Below, piece after piece: positions 1-9,473 of a stretch of DNA of 64,000 nucleotides. Each line of letters starts with the position of its first letter. The stretch's first letter is position 1. The notes below the pieces were generated by a model. It searched no databases. It saw nothing but the letters and a program-made list of their open reading frames with translations, and was not told where the DNA came from. The translations under genes and the position numbers were made by a program. The DNA comes from an uncultured Acidobacteriota bacterium (GTDB lineage: Bacteria > Acidobacteriota > Thermoanaerobaculia > Multivoradales > UBA5704): contig CAVYRF010000002.1 in the NCBI GenBank assembly GCA_963770895.1, positions 4,608,001 through 4,672,000 on the forward strand, given 5' to 3'.

Positions 1-2
1 CG

Positions 3-191
3 TTCGACAACCGTCTGGTGCCGCAGGTCGACGCTGACCCGAGCACGCCGGTCAAGGTCGCAAAGATTCAGCCTGCGATCTGTCCGAAGCGTCACACCTA
101 CACGCCGCAGATCTCCCACGGCAGGACAGGCGCCACCACGCAATCGAGCCATCCGGCATGCGCCATGGCGGTCTTTTACGACTTCCAGTAG
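3..191 (+). CDS. 3' end of a hypothetical protein entering from the left edge (partial)
   Basis: Frame +3 is open from the window edge (FDNRLVPQVDADP...AVFYDFQ) to TAG at 189-191, 6 nt before the next ORF. No motif recognised. Confidence 0.35.
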   Translation, partial: FDNRLVPQVDADPSTPVKVAKIQPAICPKRHTYTPQISHGRTGATTQSSHPACAMAVFYDFQ

Positions 192-197
192 CGGCGG

Positions 198-1385
198 GTG
201 CCGCTTATGATTCCTGCCATGGGGGCCGACATCGACTGGACGATCGACGAGCGGATCGAGCGGGCGGCGACGCTGCCGGGGGCGGCGTATTGCGATCCGG
301 GGGTGTTCGAGGTGGGGCGGGAGCGGGTGTTTGCGCGCTCATGGCAGTGGGCGGGCGACGTGGACGCGGCGCGGGTGCCGGGGCAGGTGCAGCCGTTCAC
401 GCTGCTGGAGGGGCTGTTGGACGAGCCGCTGCTGCTGGCTCGCGACGCGCAGGACGAGCTGCGCTGCCTGTCCAATGTGTGCACCCACCGCGGCACCGTG
501 CTGTGCGAAGGGGGCGGGGTCGAACAGGTGCTGCGCTGCCGGTACCATGGGCGGCGGTTCGGGCTGGACGGCACCATGCTGTCGATGCCTGAGTTCGAGG
601 GGGTCCAGGGCTTTCCGGGACCGGCGGACCACCTGCGCCGGGTGCCGCTGGGCGGGTGGGGTCGGTTCCTGTTCGTGAACCTGGCCGGTTGCAGCCAGGG
701 GGGGCTGCCGATGGGGTCGCCGGCGCCGGCGTCTCCAACTTTGCGGGCGGCGCCGATGATGCCCTTCGAGGAGTGGGTGGCGCCGCTGGTGGAGCGCCTG
801 GGCTGGCTGCCGCTCGGGTCGGTGACGCTGGATGCGACGCGGTCGCGCGACTACCTGGTGCGGGCGAATTGGGCGCTGTACTGCGACAACTACCTGGAAG
901 GATTCCACATCCCGTACGTGCACGCCGGTCTGGCCGGGGCCCTGGACTATGGGGCCTACCGCACCGAGCTCTTCCCCTGGGCCAGCTTGCAGGTGGGCGT
1001 GGCTCGCGGCGGCGAAGACGTTTTCGAGCTGCCGGCGGGCTCGCCCGACCACGGCCAGGCGATTGCCGCCTACTACTTCTGGATGTTCCCCAATACGATG
1101 GTGAACGTGTACCCCTGGGGCATTTCGATCAACGTGGTGCGGCCGCTGGCGGTCGACCGCACCAAGGTGTCGTTCCTGAGCTACGTCTGGGACGCGAGCC
1201 GCCTGGACCGCGGCGCCGGCGCCGGCCTGGACCGGGTGGAGCGCGAGGACGAAGCGGTGGTGGAGAGCGTGCAGCGCGGCCTGCGCTCGCGCATCTACCG
1301 GCGCGGCCGCTATTCGCCGGCGCGCGAGCAGGGCGTCCACCACTTCCACCGCCTGCTGACCCGCTGCCTGGCGGGCGAGATCTGA
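198..1385 (+). CDS. Rieske non-heme iron oxygenase alpha subunit (choline monooxygenase/CntA-like)
   Basis: Rieske motifs CTHRG and CRYHG; mononuclear iron motif DNYLEGFHIPYVH and ED..VVESVQRG. Start could be 207 or 219. Confidence 0.9.
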   Translation: MPLMIPAMGADIDWTIDERIERAATLPGAAYCDPGVFEVGRERVFARSWQWAGDVDAARVPGQVQPFTLLEGLLDEPLLLARDAQDELRCLSNVCTHRGTVLCEGGGVEQVLRCRYHGRRFGLDGTMLSMPEFEGVQGFPGPADHLRRVPLGGWGRFLFVNLAGCSQGGLPMGSPAPASPTLRAAPMMPFEEWVAPLVERLGWLPLGSVTLDATRSRDYLVRANWALYCDNYLEGFHIPYVHAGLAGALDYGAYRTELFPWASLQVGVARGGEDVFELPAGSPDHGQAIAAYYFWMFPNTMVNVYPWGISINVVRPLAVDRTKVSFLSYVWDASRLDRGAGAGLDRVEREDEAVVESVQRGLRSRIYRRGRYSPAREQGVHHFHRLLTRCLAGEI

Positions 1386-1410
1386 CGCGCCGCCGCGGGC
1401 AGCGGCGCCC

Positions 1411-4400
1411 CTATTTGGGCTTCTGCAGGCGCGTCGCGGGATCGCCGAACAGGTTGTAGGTGGCGAGCGTCGCGGCGCTGCCGCCGGCGGCGCTGAACGC
1501 CTTGTTCCCTTGCAGGATGGCGGTGCCGAGCGTCGAGGCCTGGGTGGTGAGCAGATAGGGCAGGAGCGCGCGGTCCAGGGTGGCGGTCTGGGCGGAGTAC
1601 GTCAGCCCTGAGGGCGCCCAGACGGCGACGGCGCCGCCCGCGGGATTGGCGAGCAGGGCGGCGGCCAGCGGCTGGAAACCGGGGATCTCGAAGCGCCCCA
1701 GGATGCAGGAGGCGGCGGCGACGACCGGCAGGCGGGCGCCGTTGGTGAGCGCCGCGGCGTCTGGGGTGGTGAGCAGGGCGTCGCTCGAGAAGCGGTCCAG
1801 GCCGGAGTGGCCGATGTAGTTGAGGACGTAGGCGCCGCTCTGCAGGTCGTCGATCAGGGTCTGGTGCGCGACGTCGGGGGTGAGCTCCGCGATGTAGATC
1901 TTGGTGGCGGCAAAGGGCGGCGGCACCAGGGCGTCCGCCAGGTTGCTCTCCCATTCGAACTCGCCGCCGGTGTCGGGAACGTCGGCGGCCAGCAGCACCT
2001 GCTGCTGCCAGGCGCCGGCGCCGGCGGATTCGTAGGCGATCAGCTTGGCGATCATGCCCGACAGCTCCTGCGGCGAGGTCGCGGGCAGCCGGCCGACGGT
2101 CATCGCGGAGCCCTGCGGGAAGGCGACGTACTGGCTGTCGGCGGCATACAGACCGTCCGGGGTGGCGATCATCAGCGGCGGCACCAGGTTGCCGCCCAGG
2201 CCCAGGTAGTTCCTGAAATCGTAGTTGCCGTCGCCGGCCAGCACGACGTCGACCGGCGGCTTGCTCCACGAGCTGGCGGCGTAGGCGAGGAAGCTCTGGA
2301 TCGCCAGCGGGCTGGGCAGGCCGTTGTTGAACTCGTCGTAGATCTGCTCGACCGTCACCACCTGCGATGCCAGGCCCTGCGCCTGGCGGAAGGCGGCCAG
2401 CGGGGCCGCGGCGCTCGCCGCCGCGGCGTCGGTGATGACCAGGTGGCTGGCGTGGTTCGAGCCGGCGCGCAGAAGCTGCGCCGGCGGCTGCCAGACCGCG
2501 ATGGCGGGCGCCGGCATGGCCGCGACGTCGAGCGCCAGGTAGGTGCGTCCGGACGCCGCCGGCGCGAAGGTGACGCGCTGGGTGCCGCCGGCGCCGTCCA
2601 CGGTGAGAGCGCCCAGCTCTTCGGGGGCCGCCGGGTCGGTGACGTCGTAGACCGCCAGGTCGGTCGAAGCGAAGCCGGAGACGGTCACCGGGACCTGGGA
2701 TACCGAGGTGACGGTGACCGGCGAGCCGTCGCCGGCCGGCAGCCGCAGGTAGGACAGGTCGAAGGACTGCGTGTAGGTGACGCTGGTCGGCACGCCGGGA
2801 TCGAGCACGCCGGTGACCTGGACGGTGTTGGCGCCTTCTTGCAGCAGCGTCGCGGGGAAGTAGAGCGTCGCGGTCTGGGCGGTCATGCCCTGCCACGAGG
2901 TCTGGCCGATCGCCGTGCCGTTGAGCTGGAACTGCAGGTGGTGCTCGCCGGGGACGCCCGAATCGCTCGCCCCCTGCAGGTGGACCGCCAGCGCGGCGGT
3001 GCCCGCACCGGCGACGCCCTGCACGGTGAGCGGGAAGCTGACGGTGCCGTAGGACGGGTCGCCGCTGATGACGGCGGCCCAATACCAGTAGTCGGACTGC
3101 GGATCGAGGTCGAGCGAGACGCCGGCAAACAGGTCCTGCTCGAAGTGCAGGTTTGCCGGGTAGGGGAGCGCCGCGTTGGTGGGCGTGGGCGGCGAGCCCT
3201 GCACGGTGTGCATCACCGCGCCGGCCTGGCCCAGGATCAGCCAGTAGACGTTCTGGGCGGTGAAGACGGTGGGCGGGCCCTGGCCCAGAAACGAGATCTC
3301 GGTGTCCTGGGCGCCGCTGTGCCAGGGGATCGCGACCCCCTGATTGGTCAGGTTGAGCGTGTGCTGGCTGATCGCCTGCGTCACCGTCGCCACCGGCACG
3401 CCCAGGGCGCCGGCGATGGCGGCGGCGGACAGACCGTAGATGCCCGGCGTCGCGACGTACAGCTTGAGCTCGCTGGCCGTGCTCTTGGTGGCCTGGACGA
3501 CGATCGGCGCCGCCGCGGCGGGGGCGCCGGCGGCGCGGCTTGCGGCGGTGGCCGCCGCCTGGGCGGTGGTGGTGGCGGCGCCGGCCGCGGCGGTGGCCGC
3601 GAGCGTTCTGGCGGCGCCGGCGGTCGCGGTGTCAGCGCCGTCGTCGGCGCCGGCCGTTGCGGTCGGCGGGTGCGCGGCGCGCGCGTAGTCGCCGGCGAGC
3701 GGCGCCGGCCGGCCGGCGGCCCAATCGGTTGCCACGGTGTAGGGGCCGTAGCGGCGCTGCTTGCCGCCGGCCTCGACCTCGACCAGCGAGTAGGAGTGGC
3801 GCTCGAAGGGCGACGCCGTGGCGTCGCGGAAGCGGTACACCGCCCCCTGCGGCGATTCGATCGCCGCCGGCAGCAGCACGTCGTTGAGGCGCAGCCAGGC
3901 GCCGGTCGCGGGGTCGAGGCGCAGCAGGTAGAAGCCGGCGGTGCCCACCTGCGAGGCGGTCTCCCATTCGACCACCAGGCCGCCGTCCAGCGGCAGCACG
4001 CGGAAGGCCGACGTCACGGCCTGCGAGACGACGCAGGTATAGCCGGGGCGGGCGCCGGTAAAGGTGATCGCGCCGGTGGTCGTGCTGCCGTTCGCACCGT
4101 CCTGCGAGCCGAACTGCGTGTCGTCGGTGGTGGGGTTGCCGGCGGCGCCGTGGGCGCCCTTGGCGACGCTGGTCGTCGCCCCGGTGACCGAGAGGAAGAT
4201 CCTGCCGCCGCCGCCGCCGCCGCCAGGTCCATGCGGATCGGTGTCGGGCCAGTTCACGTCGCCGCCGTCGCCGCCGTCGGCGTCGATGGTCAGGCCGGTC
4301 GTCGAGTCGCCGCCCGGCGGCTTGGTGGTGTTGACGTCCACCAGCACGCTGCCGCCCGCGCCGCCGCCGCCGGCGGCGTCCTGCGTCGAGCCGGTCTGCC

Positions 4401-5667
4401 CGGAGCCGTTGACGTTGGTGCAGGTCGCCGTCGCGGTGCACGGCTTGACGCCGTTGGCGGACAGCGTGCCGGTGCCGCTGACCGCATTGGTGCGGATGAC
4501 GATGATGCCGCCGCCGGGACCGCCGTGGCCGGGTCCGGCGTTGTTGCTGTCGCCGGCGCCGGCGCCGCCCCCCATCACCACGGTGGCGGGGGTTCGGGAC
4601 GCGGTGAACGCGGCGCCGCCGATGCCGCCGCTGGTGACGTCGGTGTTCCAGCACTCACCGCCCTGGCCGCCGGCGCCGCCGTTGCCGCCGCCGCCGCCGC
4701 CGCAGTTGTCCTCGTTGGTGGTGTCGCCGCTGCCGCTGTTGTCGCCGTCGGTGCCGCCGCCGCCGGCGTTGCCCGGCGCGCCGCGGCCCCAGCTGCCGTT
4801 GGGGTAGCCTTCGTTGGTCGCGCCGTTGTCGGTTTCGGTCGCGCCGTTGTAGACGTAGCGGGGAGTGCCGGCGATGCCTTCGCCCTTGGAACCGTCGAAC
4901 TGCACCGTCGAGATGCGCCGGTAGTCGGTGTTGGCGAAATTGTTGCCGTTGCTGCCGCCCACCGTCTGGCCGCCGCCGCCGCGGAACCCCAGCGAATCGA
5001 CGATGGCCGTGCCGCCGTTGAGCTTGAGCGTGCCGTCCACGTCGATCACCAGCACTCCGCCGACCGAGCCGTTCCAGCCCAGGGCGGTGAGCGCCGTCGA
5101 CGCGCTGAGCGTGGGGCTGCCGTACTGCGGCACGCGGATCACCTGGAAGGTGCGCTGGCCGTGGCCGCCGCTGGTGCCGTTGCCGTCGGCCCAGGCGCCG
5201 GTGACGTAGGAGTTGACCAGCACGCCGCCGTTGCCGCCCGCCAGGATCGGCACCGAGCCGCTGGCCACCGGACCGGTGGCGGTGACGTACTCCAGCTTGC
5301 CGGTGCTGTTGACCGCCGAAGCGCCCGCGCCGGACGTGCCGCCGGCGCCATAGGCGTCGGTGTTGTTGGAATTGATGTCGGCGTCCTGCATCTGGATCAC
5401 CAGCAGCAGGTCGCCGGCGGCGATCGCGGTGCTGGCGCCCTGGGGCGAACCGACCGAGATCGAGGTGGCGCCGGCGGCGGCGTTGGCGGTGCCGGGATAG
5501 TAGGTGTTGACGATGCCGCTGATCGTCCCCGAGCCATCCCGGCCGGGGGTACCGCACGGTTGAGCGGCGACCGCCGCCGGCAGCGCGATCGCCAGCGCGA
5601 TCGTCAGCATCGCGAAGGGGGCTCGGTCGCCGTTGGCTACGGTTCGTGTTTGCTCAATTTGATGCAT
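1411..5667 (-). CDS. Large secreted protein: Gly-rich adhesin-like N-terminus plus C25 (gingipain-family) cysteine peptidase domain
   Basis: Signal peptide (LTIALAIALPAAVAAQ); Gly-rich repeats; C25 hallmarks IYDEFNNG, VLAGDGNYD, VGRLP, NYIGHSG (His), AASCILG (Cys), YNLFGDPA. Converges on the Rieske gene. Confidence 0.85.
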   Translation of the reverse strand: MHQIEQTRTVANGDRAPFAMLTIALAIALPAAVAAQPCGTPGRDGSGTISGIVNTYYPGTANAAAGATSISVGSPQGASTAIAAGDLLLVIQMQDADINSNNTDAYGAGGTSGAGASAVNSTGKLEYVTATGPVASGSVPILAGGNGGVLVNSYVTGAWADGNGTSGGHGQRTFQVIRVPQYGSPTLSASTALTALGWNGSVGGVLVIDVDGTLKLNGGTAIVDSLGFRGGGGQTVGGSNGNNFANTDYRRISTVQFDGSKGEGIAGTPRYVYNGATETDNGATNEGYPNGSWGRGAPGNAGGGGTDGDNSGSGDTTNEDNCGGGGGGNGGAGGQGGECWNTDVTSGGIGGAAFTASRTPATVVMGGGAGAGDSNNAGPGHGGPGGGIIVIRTNAVSGTGTLSANGVKPCTATATCTNVNGSGQTGSTQDAAGGGGAGGSVLVDVNTTKPPGGDSTTGLTIDADGGDGGDVNWPDTDPHGPGGGGGGGRIFLSVTGATTSVAKGAHGAAGNPTTDDTQFGSQDGANGSTTTGAITFTGARPGYTCVVSQAVTSAFRVLPLDGGLVVEWETASQVGTAGFYLLRLDPATGAWLRLNDVLLPAAIESPQGAVYRFRDATASPFERHSYSLVEVEAGGKQRRYGPYTVATDWAAGRPAPLAGDYARAAHPPTATAGADDGADTATAGAARTLAATAAAGAATTTAQAAATAASRAAGAPAAAAPIVVQATKSTASELKLYVATPGIYGLSAAAIAGALGVPVATVTQAISQHTLNLTNQGVAIPWHSGAQDTEISFLGQGPPTVFTAQNVYWLILGQAGAVMHTVQGSPPTPTNAALPYPANLHFEQDLFAGVSLDLDPQSDYWYWAAVISGDPSYGTVSFPLTVQGVAGAGTAALAVHLQGASDSGVPGEHHLQFQLNGTAIGQTSWQGMTAQTATLYFPATLLQEGANTVQVTGVLDPGVPTSVTYTQSFDLSYLRLPAGDGSPVTVTSVSQVPVTVSGFASTDLAVYDVTDPAAPEELGALTVDGAGGTQRVTFAPAASGRTYLALDVAAMPAPAIAVWQPPAQLLRAGSNHASHLVITDAAAASAAAPLAAFRQAQGLASQVVTVEQIYDEFNNGLPSPLAIQSFLAYAASSWSKPPVDVVLAGDGNYDFRNYLGLGGNLVPPLMIATPDGLYAADSQYVAFPQGSAMTVGRLPATSPQELSGMIAKLIAYESAGAGAWQQQVLLAADVPDTGGEFEWESNLADALVPPPFAATKIYIAELTPDVAHQTLIDDLQSGAYVLNYIGHSGLDRFSSDALLTTPDAAALTNGARLPVVAAASCILGRFEIPGFQPLAAALLANPAGGAVAVWAPSGLTYSAQTATLDRALLPYLLTTQASTLGTAILQGNKAFSAAGGSAATLATYNLFGDPATRLQKPK

Positions 5668-5710
5668 GTGCGGGTTCCCTCGGTTGTCAAATTACACGAA
5701 CGTCCCGGTC

Positions 5711-5716
5711 ATTATA
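5711..5716 (-). promoter_or_regulatory. Possible sigma70 -10 box for the C25 gene
   Basis: Perfect TATAAT on the minus strand ~44 nt upstream of ATG 5667 in an AT-richer intergenic region; no good -35 seen. Confidence 0.3.
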
Positions 5717-6002
5717 ACCGCGCAAGCGGATTTGAGTTCCCCCTCCTGGCACGCCGCGTCGATGCCTGGCGCTGGTTTGCGCTCTGTCTATCGAGATATG
5801 CGCGATCTTTTATATCTCCGCGACGCCGGCCGCGGGCGCGGCGCAGGGCTTGTAGGACAAACCCTTATGGCAACTTGCTGGAAACCCTTCTTTTCTCGCC
5901 GCCTCCCGGCAGATAGCCTTACCGAAACCGAGAATTCGCAATTGCTCGTGCCGCCGCCCAGGGCCGGCGCGCAGGTGCAGCGCGAGAGAGAGGAGAGGCA
6001 TC

Positions 6003-6554
6003 ATGGTATCGAAAAGATCGCTTTTGGGAGCGCTGTCGTCGTTCGCCCTGGCCGGGGCCGCCGCGGCCTGGGGCCAGACCGTCGTCACCCTGCCCGATTC
6101 CAGCCAGACGACGACGCTGACCGCCGACGTCACCGAGCAGGCGCAGGTCACGGTGCCGGCGACCGTCACCTTCAATGTCGGCGACGTCTCGTCCAGCACG
6201 CCGTCCAGCGCCGCCTCGGTGTCGGCGACCAATATCGTGCTTTCGTCGGCCACCCGGCAGCTCCAGGTCTCCATCCAGGCGGCCGCGGCGTCGTTCACCC
6301 CGCCGGTCACCGGCGCCACCACCTGGGCGGCTTCCGACGTGAGCTGGAACGCCCCCACCTGGACCGGCAGCGCCAGCCCGGCCGCCGGGACGCTGTCGAG
6401 CAGCGCCTACACCACGGTCGCCACCTGCGACGCCAACGTCAGCACCTGCGCCACCACCGCCCTGGTCTTCACGCTGGCCGCCAAACCCAGCGTCAACCGG
6501 GCGGGCAACCACACCTTGGTGATCAACTGGAAATTCGCCGGGATCGGCACCTGA
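6003..6554 (+). CDS. Secreted pilin-like/WxL-like beta-sandwich subunit
   Basis: RBS GGAGAGG; signal peptide; Thr/Ser/Val-rich; Cys pair (TCDANVSTC); C-terminal RAGNHTLVINW strand typical of pilin/WxL/SCPU-like subunits. Confidence 0.65.
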   Translation: MVSKRSLLGALSSFALAGAAAAWGQTVVTLPDSSQTTTLTADVTEQAQVTVPATVTFNVGDVSSSTPSSAASVSATNIVLSSATRQLQVSIQAAAASFTPPVTGATTWAASDVSWNAPTWTGSASPAAGTLSSSAYTTVATCDANVSTCATTALVFTLAAKPSVNRAGNHTLVINWKFAGIGT

Positions 6555-6593
6555 GACGGCCGTGGGACGCGAGAGCGCGGCGGCGGCCGGCAC

Positions 6594-6643
6594 CCGGCCC
6601 CCGCCGCGCTCTCCGGCCCCCGCCGCGCTCTCCGGCCCCCGCC
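6594..6643. repeat. Short tandem repeat, ~2.6 copies of a 19-bp unit
   Basis: ccggcccccgccgcgctct at 6594 and 6613, then a partial copy at 6632, in the gap between subunit and chaperone genes. Confidence 0.75.
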
Positions 6644-6661
6644 CGCGGAGAAAGACGCGCC

Positions 6662-7492
6662 ATGAGGTTCCTGCGCTTTGCGGCGATCGCCGCCATCGCC
6701 TGCTGGCTCGCGCCCGCCGGCGCGGTGGCGATCCAGTTCACCTCGACGTTCGAAAGCATCAAGATTCAGACCCGGCCCGGCAAGACGGTGACGCGCACGT
6801 TCACCCTCCACCTGCAGCCGGGGGAATCGCGCGCGCGCTTCGCCGCCAAGATCGAAGACTGGTGGCAGAGCGAAGATGGCGCGCAATCCTTCTATCGCCC
6901 GGTCGGCAGCGTGCCGCGGTCGTGCGGCAGCTGGGTCACCATCGACCCGGTCGAATCGATGGTGGATGCGGGCGGCATCCTGGCGGTGCGGGTCACCACC
7001 AACGTGCCGGCGGCGGCCGAGCCGGGCGGCTACTGGTGCGTGCTCACCCTGGACGAGCTGCCCGATCCGCTGGCGGCGTCGCCCGATGGCGTCGGCCTGC
7101 GCGTGGTCGCCTCGGTCTCGACCGGCATCTTCGTCTATCTCAATCCGGTGGTGCGCGACGTGCGCGTCGTCGCCGTGGACGTGACCAGGGACAGGGCCCA
7201 GGTCACCCTGCGCAACGCCGGCAATGCGCCGGTCGGGATCGACGGGCGCTTCGAAGTCCTGAGCGGCGACGGCTCGCGGACGATGGCTTCGGTCCCCTTC
7301 GCGCGCACCACGGTGCTCACCGAGCCGGTGGCGCGCCGTCGCCTGGCGGTGGCGCTGCCGGACCTCTCGGCGCTGCCGGCCGGCCGGTACCTGGCGCGGG
7401 TGGTGCTCGACCTGGGCCTCGACCACGACGTCGGCGTCGAACGCGAGCTCAGGATCCCCGATGATCTGCAGCGTCCGCCGGCGGCGCACTGA
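6662..7492 (+). CDS. Putative periplasmic pilus chaperone (PapD-like/DUF916-like)
   Basis: ATG 6662 with GGAG upstream (the track's 5666 start is an over-extension); signal peptide; motifs RSCGSWVTIDP, GGYWCVL, LRNAGN, GRYLARVVLDLG. Confidence 0.65.
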   Translation: MRFLRFAAIAAIACWLAPAGAVAIQFTSTFESIKIQTRPGKTVTRTFTLHLQPGESRARFAAKIEDWWQSEDGAQSFYRPVGSVPRSCGSWVTIDPVESMVDAGGILAVRVTTNVPAAAEPGGYWCVLTLDELPDPLAASPDGVGLRVVASVSTGIFVYLNPVVRDVRVVAVDVTRDRAQVTLRNAGNAPVGIDGRFEVLSGDGSRTMASVPFARTTVLTEPVARRRLAVALPDLSALPAGRYLARVVLDLGLDHDVGVERELRIPDDLQRPPAAH

Positions 7493-9473
7493 AGCCGCCG
7501 CGGTCGCCGCGCGTCGTGGCGCACGGAGCGCCGGCACGGTCCTGCTCGCGTTGCTCGTCGGCGGCGGGATCACGGCGGCACGGGCGGCGGCGGACGCGGC
7601 GGGGACCGCGGCGCCGGCGAGCGCGCCTGACGATGCGGCGGCGCCGGCCGGGTGGCGCGCGGTGTCCCTGGCCAAACCAGCCGACGCGGTGCCGGCGGCG
7701 CCCGGCGTGCTGGGCGGCGACAATCCGCTGCCGGACGTCCTGCCGCTCGACCACGACACGGTGCGGATCGGCGCCACGGTGGGTCACATCCTGGGCGCCG
7801 ATTGGGGGAGCGAAGTCGATGCGGCGGGCGACTGGGGCGGCCGGGCGGTGCGCGCCTACGGCGTCGCCACCACCGGACCGGCCGGCACCGAGCTGCGCAA
7901 CGGCTATGCCGGCATCGATCAGCCGGACGGCTGGGGCGCCGAGGGCGGCGACCTGGCAAGCGACATCTGGGGCATGGCCCAGGGCGTGCGCTACGTCAGC
8001 CAGCCCTGGGCCGGCGGCCGTCCGGCGTTCTCGCTCTACCTGCCGACCGGCTCTTCCGGTCTCACCCGCCAGGTGGCGGCGGCATCCGACGACGTCGCCT
8101 TCGGCCGCTACGCCACCCTGGGCGGCGAGCTGGCGAGCGACGGTTCAGGCATGCTGCGCGGCCATTACGACGGCCAGAGCTTCGGCCTGTTCGCCTTCGA
8201 CCGCCAGGCCGGCGGCATCCTGGGGCCGGCGCGCGGCGTCTCCGGCTATACGGACCTGCCGGGAGGGCTGGAGCTGCAAGGTGGCTGGGATCGCAGCGGC
8301 AGCCCGGCGTTCGCCATCTCCTCGAACGACGGGTCGCTGCGGTTCCCTCTGTGGCACCTGGGCGCCTTTACCATTTCGAGCCTGGGCATCGACACCGACG
8401 ACGTGCGCCTGCGCCTCAACCAGGCAAGCTTGGACGCCGGCGCCGGTCCGCTCCTGGCGCGCGCCACCTACCAGATCGAAAGCGGCGGCATCGTGGCGTT
8501 CGACGGCGCCCGCTCGCCGATCGGGGAGCGCCAGGCGCTCGCCACCCTGGCCTGGCTGGCGGGCGCGCGGCTGCGTCTGGAGCTGATGGCGGTGCACAAC
8601 CAACCCGCGCAGGGCGCCAGCTCCAGCTGGCAGCAGCTGGCGGCGAGTCTCCGACTGTTCTCCCACACCAGCCTGGGGCTGGTCTTCCAGACTCCCGGAG
8701 CGCCCGAGCGCGATCCGCTGCACGTCTACCTCCAGCAGAGCCTCCGCGGCGGCTGGACGCTCTTCGCCGAAGCCGGACGCATGCCCACCTTTCAAGGGCT
8801 GGGCGGGCTCGACAACCCGGTGCGCTGCAAGCTCGCGCTGCGCAAGGTCTGGGACGTGGCGACGCCGGCCGGCGGCGGCGAAGTGAGGGGGCAGGTCACC
8901 GGCGCCGCGGACGCGGCGAGCGTCGGGGAGGGCGTGCCGGTGGAGCTGGGCCGCTACCGCACCTCGACCGACGCGCAGGGCAACTTCGTGTTCCACAACG
9001 TGCCGCCCGGAAGCTATGCCGTGGGCGTGCCGGCGGCCTACGTGCCGGCGGCCTTTGCCGGCGCGCCGCCACCGCAGAAGGTGCTGGTGCTGCCGCGCGG
9101 CGCGCAGCCGGTGGCGCTGCCCCTGGTGCCGCTCGGCACCGTCAGCGGCCGCGTGCTGCTTGCCGCCGGCGGCGCCGGCGGCGAAGGAGCCGGGGGCGGG
9201 GCGCGGCCGGCCGAGCGGGGCGCCGCCGGCATCGTGGTGCGCCTGGACGAGCAGGTCACGGCGACCGACCGCGACGGCGCGTTTTCCTTCCACGACGTGC
9301 TGCCGGGCACCCACCGCCTGAGCGTGGATGCGGCGCGCCTGCCGCACGGCATCCTGGCCGCCGCCCCGGCGGCGATGGAGCTGGGTCTGCCCGCCGGCGC
9401 ATCGCTCGATTCCGTGCGCTTCCACCTGGCGCCGCGCCCCCAGCCGCTGGTCATGGACAGGATCGGCCGATGA
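7461..9473 (+). CDS. Putative outer-membrane usher-like protein with C-terminal carboxypeptidase-regulatory-like domains
   Basis: Signal-like hydrophobic stretch; amphipathic beta-strand-rich middle; two TDxxGxFxFxxVxPGxY/H repeats; overlaps both neighbours. Start uncertain. Confidence 0.6.
   Translation: MICSVRRRRTEAAAVAARRGARSAGTVLLALLVGGGITAARAAADAAGTAAPASAPDDAAAPAGWRAVSLAKPADAVPAAPGVLGGDNPLPDVLPLDHDTVRIGATVGHILGADWGSEVDAAGDWGGRAVRAYGVATTGPAGTELRNGYAGIDQPDGWGAEGGDLASDIWGMAQGVRYVSQPWAGGRPAFSLYLPTGSSGLTRQVAAASDDVAFGRYATLGGELASDGSGMLRGHYDGQSFGLFAFDRQAGGILGPARGVSGYTDLPGGLELQGGWDRSGSPAFAISSNDGSLRFPLWHLGAFTISSLGIDTDDVRLRLNQASLDAGAGPLLARATYQIESGGIVAFDGARSPIGERQALATLAWLAGARLRLELMAVHNQPAQGASSSWQQLAASLRLFSHTSLGLVFQTPGAPERDPLHVYLQQSLRGGWTLFAEAGRMPTFQGLGGLDNPVRCKLALRKVWDVATPAGGGEVRGQVTGAADAASVGEGVPVELGRYRTSTDAQGNFVFHNVPPGSYAVGVPAAYVPAAFAGAPPPQKVLVLPRGAQPVALPLVPLGTVSGRVLLAAGGAGGEGAGGGARPAERGAAGIVVRLDEQVTATDRDGAFSFHDVLPGTHRLSVDAARLPHGILAAAPAAMELGLPAGASLDSVRFHLAPRPQPLVMDRIGR

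Noticed and set aside
1807-5916. 1369-aa plus-strand ORF and many other long antisense or alternate-frame ORFs (e.g. 56266-59856, 49776-52229, 28411-30162)
   Set aside because: Arg/Gly/Ala-rich shadow ORFs expected in high-GC DNA, overlapping genes with clear motifs.
5666-6661. N-terminal extensions given by the track (5666, 7652, 23406, 27123, 46133, 48788, 50167 starts)
   Set aside because: They overlap better-supported neighbouring genes; downstream starts with an RBS or stop/start coupling were chosen.
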